From contig JBHGNT010000012.1 of NCBI GenBank assembly GCA_043228905.1, positions 17,670,001 through 17,734,000 of the forward strand: 64,000 nucleotides of DNA, read 5' to 3'. The DNA comes from Azolla caroliniana. Its lineage: Eukaryota; Plantae; Polypodiophyta. The translations under genes and the position numbers were made by a program. This document shows positions 13,817-26,804 of the stretch, in pieces (positions within the stretch are counted from its first letter, which is position 1; each line of letters opens with the position of its first letter). The notes under the pieces were generated by a model that was given only the letters and a program-made list of their open reading frames with translations, was not told where the DNA came from and searched no databases.

Positions 13817-14499
13817 GTATGTGTATAAACACATGCACATTTGTGTGCATGTGTACAAATGTGAGAAAGTGGGTAAGTAATGTAACTCCCTACTTGTCTC
13901 ATTCTTTATTTGTAACAGTTACCTCTTGTACTATATAAACCCCACCCATGGGGCATAATGGAATACATTTTTTCCCTCTCATTTTTGTGTCATTTTGTAT
14001 TTTCACTTTCCTTCTCTCTCTCTCTCTATCGTAACCCCCTTGGGAGGGGGGTGAATCCATTCTAAGCTTCAACCCCCACCCCAACAACACTTTTGGCACG
14101 CCCAAACGGCCAACCTCCCTTGAGAAGAGGTCACTCTCTCCCTCCCTCACTCTCCCTCTCCATCATTGATCTTTATCTCTCCCTCTCTGTACGTGTCTGT
14201 TAATGTTTGTGTAGAGAGTATGGTGTTGTGCATGGACTCTTTGTGTGGGAGCCAACCTATGATGAAGAAATCAACATTATTCCCTTGACACGAAGTCTCT
14301 CTTTCTGCCTCTTTGTGTGACGTGATTATGTGAAGTCAAAAGATGATGAAATGAGGGTAGCTAGGCCTCTTATTTATAACGATACCCAAGGCCCCCAGGC
14401 AAGTTCACACTTGGTCTAATGGGTTGTCTCAATCCCGAGGATTAAAAGTAATCCTCCCCTTCTTTACACTCTCGTTTAACCCTCACACTTATCCACGTG

Positions 14500-15130
14500 C
14501 ATAGATTGACATATTAGCATTCGTGGGGGTTTCCCATTCGAATGCAAACAAATACGAATACGAATGGGTAGTCAAGTATTCGTTTAACACCCCCCCCCCC
14601 AAAAAAAAACAAATCCTAAGCTAAAAAAAAAAGAACTTAACAATAAATAGGGATAATAAAATAGGGACTTTGGGGACTTGACACTACTAAAATTTTATAA
14701 TAAATGTATAGTCATTTTATTTTTAATAAATAAATAAAATAAACTAAAGGCTCATTAATTTCTCACTTTTTATTTCCTCAAAATTTATGAATATTTTTAT
14801 CTTGACATTAAAAATGGTACTTCAAACTAATCATATCTTCAAAGTTCATACTAATAGTAATCATATTTGTATAATAAATATAAAAATATTTGTTTTAAAA
14901 AAATTAATTAATTAAAATAAGTTTCATAAACTCTCTTGACACTATAATCTACTAATGAATAATTGTTTTTTTTTGGTGAAATACATTTATTTTAATAAAT
15001 AAATAGTTTTTTATATTTATTTTACCAAACGAATGGTTTTTTAATATTCTTGGGGCCATTTTGTATTCTCGAATATTGAGAATATTGCGCATGGAAAATA
15101 TCACGAATATCACGCATGTGTCAATCTATG
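14500..15130. mobile_element. hAT-type MITE, 631 bp
   Basis: Perfect 12-bp TIRs CATAGATTGACA/TGTCAATCTATG, 8-bp TSD TCCACGTG (14492-14499 and 15131-15138), AT-rich non-coding core, subterminal TATTCG/CGAATA motifs. Absent from the sister LTR. Confidence 0.93.
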
Positions 15131-15181
15131 TCCACGTGTATAGAATACTACGGTAAATTCTCACCACGGGATATTATATGG

Positions 15182-18100
15182 TCATGCCTGTAACGTACTC
15201 CCCCTCTTTAAAACATTGCACTCTTGCAATGGAAAGTTAGGGAAGTTAGTTCTGAGAATATTTTCATGTTCCCATGTGGCATCTTTTATTGATTTATCCA
15301 TCCATTTTATTTTAAATTCTCGGATTTCTTTAGTACATAATTTTTTTCTTTTTAACATCGAGAATTCTTTCTGGTACATGTGGTTTAGCAGATAATTCTT
15401 CAGAAGTAACCAGAGTTTCAGTTGTAACTGTATTGTCGCCAGAACCTAGAAGTTCTTTTAGACGACTCACATGAAAAAATAGATGAATTTCAACACCTTT
15501 CGAAAGATCGAGACGATAGGCTGATGACCCAATGCATTTGAGGACTGTAAAAGGTCCACAAAACCGTGGGGCTAACTTAGCACACTTACCCTTAGACAAT
15601 TTCTTAGAATTGTGAGGTACACATAAAAATACCTTCTGTCTAGGGTTGAATACACGAGGTTGCCTATTATGATCGGCATAAAAATGCGCTCTATCTTGAG
15701 TTGTTTTTATATTATCTCGTGCAATATGCAACATATATTGCATATCCCGAAGAAAGTTTTGCGTACTTCGCAACTCATCATGATGTATATTGACATCAAT
15801 CGGGACTCGTGGTTAAAAACCATACATCAACATAAAAGGACTATATCCCGTCGACGTATGCTTGGAGCTGTTATAAGCAAACTCCAAAATTGGGAGATAA
15901 TGTTCCCATTTTGTTGGTTTCGCACCAACATATGCTCGAAGCATGTCCTCAATAATTTGATTTACTCGTTATGTCTGTCCATCGGATTGAGGATGATCCG
16001 TCGAGCTCATGCTCAATGTAGTTTCTAACTTCTTGAAGACTTGCGTCCAGAAGTCACTAGTAAACTTTGGATCTCGATCACTCACGATATCCATCGATAA
16101 CCCATAAAAACGAAATAACTCATCAACGAATTTAGGAGCTGTTACCGTGGTTTTAGTAGCAATAAATCTGGCCATTTTAATTAGTCTATCAACCACAACC
16201 CATATGGCATCATGGCCTTTTTGGGTGCGAGGAAGGCTAACAATAAAATCCATGGATATACTTTCCCACTTATTATTGGGAATGTCCAAGGGATGTAAAA
16301 GTCCTGCGGCTTTAAGTCGCTCAGCTTTGTTAACCTGACAATGGTGACATTTAGTCACATAACTATGTATGTCAGGGCGCATCTTCGGCCAATACAATTG
16401 AGTGGAGATGACAACGAGTGTACGATGTATTCCAGGGTGCCCTACTGAGGGTGCATCATGGCATTCAAAAAGAATCCTCTTTTTGACCTCAAACAAATCT
16501 GGAACACAAACCTTCCCATCACGGTAGAGCAGACCGTTAGCAATGTGGAAGTATTCCTTCGAGGATGTGGTCGTGTCTATTCCAGACTCAACTCTTGCCC
16601 AGTATTTTGCAAAATAACTGTCATCAGGATACTTTCCTTGAAGGTGATCATAAAGATATGATATTATTTCAATGAAGCTAAGCATGTTAACTTCACGGAT
16701 GCGACTTAGTGCATCAGCGACAGTGTTCATGGAACCTTTACGATATCGTATGGAAAAATCAAAGTCTTGGATGAGATCAACCCATCGTGCCTTACGACCT
16801 TTCAGGTCTTGTTGGTCACAAAAATATTTCAAGGATTCGTGATCAGTAGTTACCACAAAGCAATTTCCATAAAGATAATGGCGCCATGTTTTGAGCGCAT
16901 GTATAACTACAAATCATTCCTTTTCTTGAACGGTATACCGACATTGAGCAAAATCAAGTTTCTTACTCTCGAATGCTATTAGTTTACCATCTTGATATAA
17001 GACAGAACCTATAGCATAATCGCTTGCATCGGTTTCAACCTCAAAAGGTTTTGAAGGATCAGGTGAAAGAAGTGAAGGAGACTTGCACACCAGGTCCTTG
17101 AGTTCCTTACAGGCAAGGTCTACTGTACCATTCCAAACAATAGGTTTTGTAGACTTACGCGTTTGACATTTTAGAAGATCAGTAAACGACGTCGTCAATT
17201 GGGAGTAATTACGAAGGGATTTTCGCAAAAACCCGACAAAACCAAGGAATGATCGAACTTCTTGAATGTTCCGAAGAGTGGGCCAAAGCTTGATTTTCTC
17301 GATGCGAGAAGGATCAATTTCAACTCCTCGTTTAGTTATGAGATGTCCAAGATAAGTAATTGAATTCTTGAAGAACTCACATTTTGAGATCTTCGCATAA
17401 AACAATTTGTCACGCAATGTTTGTAAAACAAAGCGGACATGTTTAGCATGTTCTTGTAATGTACGGCTATAAACTAAAATATCATCCAAGAAAATAACGA
17501 CAAATTTTCCAAGTTGTTCTCGGAAAATGTCATTCATTTCTTGTTGAAATGTAGTCGGAGCATTGATCAGACCAAAAGGCCTAACCAAAAACTCATAATG
17601 GCCATAGCGCGTACGAAATACCGTTTTAGGAACATCGTCCTCACTTATACATATTTGATGGTAGCTAGTACGGAGATCAAGTTTCGTAAAATACCAAGCT
17701 CCTTGGAGACGATCAATTAGATCATTAGCCCGAGGCAATGGATACGAATTCTTGATCGTCACTTTATTCAAGTGTCGGTAATTAATACACATACGCCATG
17801 TGCCCTATTTCTTTTTAACCAAGAGAACTAGTGCACCCCATGGAGATTTACTAGAACGTATATAATCCATTTGTAAATAATCCTTGAGTTGCTTAGATAC
17901 ATCATCCTCTTCGGATCGACTTAAGCAATAAGGAGGTATACTTATTGGTGCCACGCCAGGTACAATATCTATACGATGGTCTATATTACGTTTAGGAGGT
18001 AACCCATCCGGTAGTTCACTCGGAAAAACATCACGAAATTCATTTAAGATAATATCATGAAGTTGTTGTTGTTAATTGAACCGAGACATTGTTGATATTT

Positions 18101-19440
18101 TAAATGTGAATGTTCGGATCAAGTACATAATAAAATAGAGTAGAACAAGACAACTCGGATATTGATGGAGAGGAAACAATCGAGAGGGATTGTTTTTTTA
18201 CGCATTGAATAAAATGACTACAATCGTTCAATACAAAGGAAATGGAATGATGAACCCAATCAATAAATAAAGAAGAGTTTTTATTATAAAACCAGGGATA
18301 ACCCAGTATTACATCAGTGGTACAAAGATTCATTACATGCAAGTATACTTCCTCGATATAAGTATCAATAGAAATTCCTAATGAATGAATCGCCCCGTTG
18401 ATGTATTGTACTTTTCCATCAGCCAAGTGCACCGTATAGGTGTGATCACTTACGGTGGGTTGGATTCCCCATATCTGAACCAAACGATCATTCACAAAGT
18501 TGTGTGAGCTTCCTGAACCAAATAAAATTTGTACGGGAGATCCATTGATATACCCGTTTGCACGTAATAAATCATTGGGACGCAATACATAGTGACGGAA
18601 AGAACATTGACAATTACTTAAATGATGTGTATAGATTTGAAGGACATTAAGAATCTGACCTTTATGGTCTACAACTTTAGCTTTGTTGTCGTGCTCTTTC
18701 CGTTGGAGCTTTCAACATTACTCTTTTGTATGACCCTTCTTCTTGCAGAATACGCAAAAAGGATGTTGTCTCTTACAATCGCGATCCATGAATTCGTTGG
18801 GTGTCTTGCATTTCCCAACGAATTGCGACTGCTTAGTCCCGGGCACTTCATTTGGTTTGTTGTGGTCCTTCTTCGATGTGCGTTGATAGCAAAGAACTAT
18901 TTCAACGGCCTCTTCGAAGGATTTTGGATCCTTATCGTGCTCTATCCAGTGATAGTTCGAATTGGGGATGCCATTGACAAAACAAGCTATTAACCAATTG
19001 TCCCCTTCTAGACCCAATTTTTGGATTTGGGTTCTAGCATGGTGGACATAGTCTTCTAGCAAAGAAAATTTCCTGCTAGAGAGGTTCATTAAAGCTTGAG
19101 CTGCCTCGGTTCGAGAGGGAGGTTGCAAAAATTGGCCCTTAAAAACTGTGACAAAATATGTCCAAGTATCAGGCAATTTCCCCAAAGGACAGAGCCCACG
19201 CCACAAAGCGACGGCCTTACCCCCTAGTTCTCGGCCGACATATGCAATCTTCGTACTATCTGGCGTGGATAGAGCTCAAAATGAGACTCCCATCGGCCCA
19301 GCCACGTGCAGATTGCTTCTTCGGTTCTTTCCTTTTTTTCTCCGGTAAATGGCTGAACGACAAACGATGGCACACCCTATCGCTCATCAGGTCTATTAGT
19401 CTCACGTTGTAAACTAATGGCACGTGCCTCGAGGGCACTT
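15182..19440 (-). pseudogene. Gypsy E gag-pol pseudogene with C-terminal chromodomain
   Basis: Gag with CVFCKKKGHTKE knuckle (18718-19206); protease LFGSGSSHNF (18100-18585); RT with FLDD and RNase H ETDASDYAIG (16914-17792); integrase HPG..CHHC, WESISMDFI (15969-16856); KLAPRFCGPF; chromodomain PERILD..IKWMDKSIKDATWE. Confidence 0.92.
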
Positions 19441-21003
19441 TGAGATTGCCGAAGTTCGGTCATCTATTGAGCGGTGAAACTAAGGTATTGGGTTATTTGC
19501 GAAAAATACATCTCAATGGACATTTGTCCAAGAGGATTTCCTTGAGTTCCTTCCGCTTGAGCGAATAACATCGGATCATTATTTTGAGCCATTGAATGGT
19601 TATTTCTGGCAAGGAAATAGGATAAGGTCAGACAAATAGTCATAACATCATGTCATGATGTAAAAATATCATGGGCAAACATTAATCGATATCATGATCT
19701 CACGTCAATACCCCTCGATGTATGAGATGAGGTTCAAGATCAGGTTACTATGGTAACACAAAGGTGTTTTAAAAACCATGGGGGTGACAAATTAATGTCT
19801 TTCCCTGATCTCTATATTGATTTTTTCATGGCAGCTCCCCGAGGCTCAACCATGTATGTTCGCGTCATGAGTAGTTTATACACGAAAAAAATGTTAACAA
19901 TAAACTATGTTTCTGTGCCCACATATGTGGTTTTGGCTCTTTAAGTCCTATTACGAGCACCCCAAAGTGCACTTAGACCTCAAGTCTAAACATGTGTTAT
20001 AGTCATATGTATCAACGATGTTGTGTGGACTTCGTCATATTTGAACTCGAGACCTCGAGAACAAATGCATTAAACACTTGAGCCAACCAAGTAGGTTGCT
20101 CTTCTTGAATGTTTAATGCTTCATGCGTATAAGAGATATGCGAGGCCTTTGCCCATATATGTTTTTGTAAAGAATCAAGAGATGGATTCTTGTGAAGCGG
20201 AAGAGATATGAGTTATGTGTGTGTATGAGAGAGAGAGAGAGAGAGTGAGAGAGACAAGGAATACGCAAGGTAAAAGTATATTGACAAAGGAGAAAGACTC
20301 AACATTATACAAGGTGGGAGGAGAGTGCTTTATGTAGTCACCCTCTCTCTTCATTAACTACAAGCCTCATGGAGCATGGGGAATGTGAAAGCTCATAAGT
20401 TATGTGTCATAGAATATGATTCTATGACTAATACTAAATGCTAGAATACAAAGTGGTGACATAATGGTGACTCTTGACCGTTGGAGTTTCTCTTCACTCT
20501 CAAGGTGAGTTCACACACTAGACCAAGTTGAGCTTGATTTTCAACACGCCCCCTCAAGCTCAAGTCGGGTCGGTTTCATACGGTATCCGAAATCCGCTTC
20601 AACTCGCGTTCCGGAGTCCACGTCAACTCGCGTTGGCTCGCTTTATGCGGAGTTGCGGAATCCATGCTCCAGCTTGCGTTGTGCAAAGTCTGTGCTTCGG
20701 CTTACATGCGTAGTTGCGAAGTCTGTGCATCGGCTTGCGTCTTTCTTCGCGGCTTTGCGCGGTAGATCGGCTCTTCACGACTTCATTGTGTGGTTGCGTA
20801 ATCCATGCGTTATTGCGTAATATCTTCAGTACTCCCCCTCAAGCTTGGCAGGTCAGGGATCGTCAATCTGAGATCGGTCATGAATTGCCAGAGCTTGTCG
20901 GCTCCTAAGGCTTTAGTGAAAATGTCGGCCATTTGAAGATTTGTGCTAATGTGTTGTAGGTCGACATCGCCAGCTAGAACGCGCTCTCGGATGAAGTGAT
21001 AGT

Positions 21004-21777
21004 TGTTGGGAGACAGGTCCCTCCGGATGGGAAGGGAGAAGAACAGTGCCGACGAACAATCTCGGTCGAGGCCGATAGGGCGAGGCCGAAACCGGAAGAG
21101 GAGTACCCGACTACGGAGAGCCGGATGGTGCAGACCCGGTGAGAACCGGATGAGGAGTACCCGGCTACGGAGAGCCGGATGGTGCAGGCCCTGTGAGAAC
21201 CGGATGAGGAGTACCCAGCTACGAAGAGCCGGATGGTGTAGGCCCGGTGAGAACCGGATGAGGAGTACCCGGCTACGAAGAGCCGGATGGTGCAGACCCG
21301 GTGAGGAATGCTCACTGGATGAAGAGACATATTCGTAAATATGTTTCTTAGAGTCCATCGAGGCTATATTTGTAAATAGTCGAAAAGTCATATTAGTATA
21401 AATATGAGTTAGAGCAAACTTATAGTTACTGTTGTTGTTATTCTTGTCTACGTGAGATTAGAGCACATAACTGTGTACAGAGACAGAGAGAGTGAGAGGA
21501 AGAGGTCGTTGCCTCTATTGTAACCGTCACTTGTGGTGAAGATCGTGAGCACGAGGTCGTTGCCTCCGTGAACTCACTGTTGTACATTCTAGCATAGTGA
21601 TAGTTTGCAGCCTGTGGGCTGCCGTGGTTTTTTCCCTAGTTTGGGTTTTCCACGTAAACATCCTGTGTACTCTTCTCTCCTTTGTGTCGCGTGTTTTTCC
21701 GTTTCTTGTTTTCTGTGTATGATTCTAAGCTTGGTTGTGGCCGAGCATTGTGCATAAGGAGCGTTGAGTTCCCGTCA
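21004..21777 (+). mobile_element. Solo LTR H of the Copia I family, in the RNase H domain of G
   Basis: TGTTGGGAGACAGG...CCCGTCA with perfect TSD ATAGT (20999-21003, 21778-21782). Homologous to the reverse complement of the I LTRs; ~4 copies of the 54-bp repeat at 21096-21305. Confidence 0.95.
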
Positions 21778-24700
21778 ATAGTGCACTTCAATGTGCTTTG
21801 TCCGCGCGTGGAACACCGGGTTCCGAGCCAAATAAATATTGCTCATGTTTTCGCAGTAAAGGGAAGTCGGATCCTTGATGGGTACTCCCAGATCCTTCAA
21901 AATCCTCTTGAGCCATACGGCTTCACATGCAGCTACAGCTGCACCCCTGTATTCCGCCTCCATACTCGAAAGAGCGACAGTAGGCTGCTTCTTGCTACTC
22001 CAGGATATTGCTCCGCTACCGAGGGAGAAAACAAATCCGGAGGTTGATCTTCTATCGGTTTTGTGGCCGGCCCAATCAGCGTCGGTGTACCCCTTGAGTC
22101 GTATTGGCATCGCGGTCTTGTGGAGGATGCCGCAATCCATTGTGTCGCTCACATATCGTAGAACTTGCTTAGCGCAATCCAAGTGAGTATCACGCGATGT
22201 TTGCATGAATTGGCTAAGGAGACCGACCAGATAACTAAGATCGGGTCGTGTGATCGTGAGGTAGATGAGACTCCCGATGAGTTGCCGATATTGAGTCGGC
22301 TCACACGCTTTGGTGCCGGAGTTCGCATCTAGTTTGAGTTTGCGATCGAGTGGGGTTGTCGTGGATTTGCACTCCGCCATCCCGAACTTGTATAACAAGT
22401 TGAGAATGTAGTGTTGTTGAGAGATCATGATTCCGGCCAAAGTCTGAATTACCTCGATGCCGAGGAAGTAGTGGAGCTCCTTCATGTTCGTCATCTCGAA
22501 CTTGTCGGAAAGGAGGGATTTGACCTTATTGATTTCGACGAGATGCTCACCTCCAATGACTAGGTCATCCACATATAAGATGATGATGAGCGGACTTGCG
22601 GAATCGCTTCATATGTAGAGGGAGTTGTCCGATTTTGACATACGGAAGCTAATTTGATGAAGATATTGCGTTATCTTCGAATGCCAAGCACGCGGTGCTT
22701 GCTTGAGGCCGTAGAGTGGCTTCTTGAGTCGGCATACAACTTTCGAATGGGTGCTCGAGTTGAAGCCGGGTGGTTGTATCATGTACACCTCCTCTTCTAA
22801 TTCGCCTTGTAGAAAGGCATTCTTGACGTCCATTTGATGGAGGTGCCATCCTTTCGTCGCGGCAAGCGCAATTACGATTCGCACCGTCGTCATCTTTGCC
22901 ACCGGGGCAAAGGTCTCTTCGTAGTCGACGCCATGCGTCTTAGCGTATCCTTTCGCTACGCGTCGAGCTTTGTAGCGGTTTATAGAGCCATCGGCGTTAT
23001 ACTTGACCTTGTAGATCCATCTGCATCCGATCGCCTTTTTGTGTGGTGAGGTGGGAACGAGATCCCACGTCTCGTTCTTCCATAGTGCCTGCATCTCCTC
23101 GTTCATTGCTTCGATCCATCGCGGGTCCTTCGCGGTTCTGAAAAAGTTTCCAGCTCCCGTACTGTCGCTACCTTCATCATAAAGGCGTAATGGTACGCCA
23201 TATAATCGTTGTAGCCGAATCGGCTTACGGGGTTCTTTTCACAAGTGGATCGAAGCTGAGATGAGGGCTTTCTTAGCTCCGATTGGTACATCGAAGCTGT
23301 CGAACTCACTATCGAGTGAGTGAGTCGTTTCATTGTCATCGAAGCGATCATCTTCATATTCCGCCATTTTCGCCTTGCCTTTGTCCATCTTCGGGCTAGG
23401 TCGTGATGTGCTTTGATCGCTCAAAGGCTCTTGTGGTTCGCTCAATCGGGTCGTGATCGGACTTTCTTCGATCATGCGCGTAGGGCGATCTTCATCCTCG
23501 ATCTCTTGTTCGGCAAATTCCGGGTCGAGCGGAGGCGAAGTTGTCTCTAGTGCATACCAGGATGCGGACTCGTCAAAAACGACGTCTCGACTTACTCGAG
23601 ATTTTCGAGTTGAGGGGTTGTAGCACTTGTACCCCTTTTGCTCCAATGAGTATCCTACGAGGATACATTTCTCCGACTTCAGGTCAAGCTTTTAACGCTT
23701 CTCTTCGGGGATGTGCACATACGCTATTGCGACGAATATCCGGATGTGTGATAAGTCCAGCTTCTTTCCGAAGTATTTTTCATGCGGAGTGACCTCGTGC
23801 ACACCGGATGTTGTGCACCAGTTCATTAGGTAGACGGCCGTATTTGCAGCTTCAGCCCAATATGACTTGGGCATATGCTTCTCATTCATCATGGCTCGCG
23901 CTACTTCGAGGATGTGCCGATTTTTGCGCTCAGCTACTTTGTTTTGTTGCGGAGTGTGTCAGCAAGTGAATTCTCGCCGAATTCCTTCCTTTCAGAGATA
24001 CGCCGTGAAATCGTCCGAGAAGTACTCCTTGCCGCCATCCAATCTAAGGCATCGTACATGCCGGCCCGTGGCTTTCTCGACTTCATTCTTGAAATTTTGG
24101 AAGTGTCCGAACACTTCGCTCTTTTGCTGCATCGGGTAGATCCAAGTGTGCCTAGAGAAGTCGTCGATGAAGAGCACGTAATATCGGCATCCGCCGAATG
24201 TAGTCGTCTGCACAGGGCCCCATACGTCGGAATGGACTACGTCCAGTAGACCTTTGCTCACGTTCCACTCTTTCGGGAATGGGTGTCGGTGTTGCTTGCC
24301 GAATTGGCACGCTTCGCATACACCTTCAATCTCCTTCTCTTTGAATGTCGAGAGTCCGATGACCACTCCTTTCGATTTCATTTCTTTGAGTTTGTTGAGA
24401 TTGATGTGGCCGATTCGCTTGTGCCATAGCTCTATGTCGGAGTCGGCTTTCGTGTTTTTCGCGAACATGGCGGATTTCATCTCGCGTGAATCGAGAATGA
24501 ACATCCGGCCCTCTCTTCGTCCGCGTGCGATGAGTCGGCCCTCTTTTTTGATGAAGCAACCACCTTGATTAAATCGAACTTGCATCCCTTGCTCTACAAG
24601 TTGGCCGAATGGTCAGTACATGCAAGACATTTTTAATGTAATTTTTCTTACCTTCTTTTCCGAACGGAACATTGCCAATATGCCGAATCGGGTGCGTAGT

Positions 24701-24877
24701 GTCGTCTCCGGTTTCGACATAGCCGGGTTGGTCTGGCTCTCGAAGTTCTCAGAACCATTCTTGATGCGATGTCATATGGTTCGAGGCACCGGAATCGACG
24801 AACCATATGTCTTCCGGACCGGAGGCACTAGTTGAGGTGGCGGCCGACATAGAGTTTGCTCTATGTTTCATCATGAA

Positions 24878-25015
24878 CATTCCGCCACGGTCGGAGTTGT
24901 GCGCATACATTCCGCCACGATCTTCGTAGTCGGAGTTGTGCCCGTACATTTTGCCACGGTCGGATTTGTGTGCATACAGTCCGCCACGATCTTCGTAGTC
25001 GGAGTTGTGTGCGTA
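24878..25015. repeat. In-frame 69-bp (30+39) higher-order repeat x2 between the Gag knuckle and protease of G
   Basis: Encodes YAHNSDYEDRGGLYAHKSDRGKMYGHNSDYEDRGGMYAHNSDRGGM. Confidence 0.85.
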
Positions 25016-26600
25016 ATTCATGAGTTGTCGGCTTGTGGAAGCCGATTCACACATCTTCTTTCGGCACTCTTCTTCGTGGTGGCCGAGCTTTCCGCAATAT
25101 CCGCATTCGGTTGCGTTTTGACGGCTCGGGGCGAAGTGGAAGCTCCCCCTTCTTGCGAAGGTTCCTCGTTGGCCTTCGTTTTGCGGCCGAAATTGGGAGT
25201 TATTGTCGTAGGTCGGACCTCGTCCGCCTTGTCCTTGGCTGAATCGGCCTCTCCCTCGTCCGCGTCCTCTTCCTCCATTAGAGTGCGTGTAGAGCATGTG
25301 GCCTTCCGACTCATTGCTCCTTGTACGCATGTGGTTTTCTTCGACCAATAGCATTGATTGGAGCTCGAAGAAGGAGGGAGATTCTCCCATGCTAGAACGG
25401 CGGTTCGCATCTTGCCGAACCGAGGTGCGAGGCCGACGAGGCATATTTGCACCATCTCATCATCATCTGTACTTACACTAATTGAGCTGAGCGAGTCGCA
25501 AAGCTCCTTGATCTTCAAGGTGTATGTCATGATGGACATGTCCCTTTGTTGAATGTTGTTCAACTCTTGGTGGAGTTGAAGCTTCCTCGTGGTCGTGTTG
25601 GCGGCGAAAATCTTTCGTAGATTTTCCCACACTTCCTTCGGCGTCTTTCTCGAATGTAACCGAGCATGTGTTCGTGAACACATGTCGCCAAACAATACAT
25701 CACACAGCTTGCGGCTTGCTCCCATGTCGCGTATCCGGGAGCCGCTTCGGAGGTGGGTCTTCATGCGCTCCTTTGATGTAGCTCTAATAGCCTTGTCCGA
25801 CAAGGTATTGGTGCATCTTGTACTCCCAAGATGCGAAGTTTTTTCGATCCAACTTCTCGGTAGGGAGAGCGCTCCCCATTTGAGTATTCATTAAGTCGAT
25901 TCTTCTTCTTCTTCTTCTTCTTCTTCTCTCTTCGAATGCGAGCTATATAGCGAAGCTACGATAGCTATGAGCCGGTTCTTGGTTGTCGGCGTAGAACACA
26001 ACACGCGAGCACGATGAGGCGAATGGGCTAGATCGAGCTACCAAATCGCTCTGATACCATGTAAAGAATCAAGAGATGGATTCTTGTGAAGCGGAAGAGA
26101 TATGAGTTATGTGTGTGTATGAGAGAGAGAGTGAGAGAGTGAGAGAGACAAGGAATACGCAAGGTAAAAGTATATTGACAAAGGAGAAAGACTCAACATT
26201 ATACAAGGTGGGAGGATGGTGCTTTATGTAGTCACCCTCTCTCCTCATTATCTACAAGCCTCATGGAGCATGGGGAATGTGAAAGCTCATAAGTTGTGTC
26301 ATAGAATATGATTCTATGACTCATACTAAATGCTAGAATACAAAGTGGTGACATAATGGTGACTCTTGACCGTTGGAGTGTCTCTTCACTCTCAAGGTGA
26401 GTTCACACACTAGACCAAGTTGAGCTTGATTCTCAACAGTTTTTTTAAAAGAAACATATATGTCAAGAGTCCTTATTTCCCCCTCGTTTACTACAAAATA
26501 TGTTGGTACATTACCTAACCTCAAGTCTCGTAATTACGATGGCATACGCCAAAGTGCAACCTAATGGTCAAGCCAAACATATGATAAAATCGAGACACGT

Positions 26601-26804
26601 AATCGAGGCATGTAGCCTCTACGCACACGAAACATCCAAAAATAAGGGTTAATCGTAATACGCAATTGAGGTATTGACCTCATACGCATACGTAACATAT
26701 GTATGTGAGCATAATACACAATTGAGGTATTAACCTCGTACGCATACGACACTAATCACATATTAAATATATGTCAAATGAGGTATTGACCTCATACACA
26801 TATG
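26601..26804. repeat. Four spaced ~29-bp hairpin-core repeats in the leader of E
   Basis: AATTGAGGTATTGACCTCATACGCATACG-like units at 26601, 26664, 26720 and 26776 (period 63/56/56). Confidence 0.8.

Larger units (their letters stand above)
20810..25891 (-). pseudogene. Copia G gag-pol (all domains present, frameshifted, split by solo LTR H)
   Basis: MNTQMGSALP.., CGYCGKLGHHEEEC, WFVDSGASNHM, LWHKRIGH, SDVWGP, RT LHQMDVKNAFL and YVDD region, RNase H DADWAG..RRSTSG..FHARTKHIEVHY|HFIRERV. Confidence 0.93.
20166..26438 (-). mobile_element. Ty1/Copia LTR retrotransposon G (related to B), nested in the 5' leader of E
   Basis: Near-identical LTRs 20166-20546 and 26060-26438, perfect TSD GTTTT, PBS GCTCTGATACCA at 26048-26059, PPT CGCCCCCTCAAGCT at 20547-20560. 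Confidence 0.96.

Noticed and set aside
13518-13902. His/Thr-rich ORF fused to [11 protein letters not shown]
   Set aside because: Reverse reading of the TG-rich D LTR running into the interrupted RT of C.
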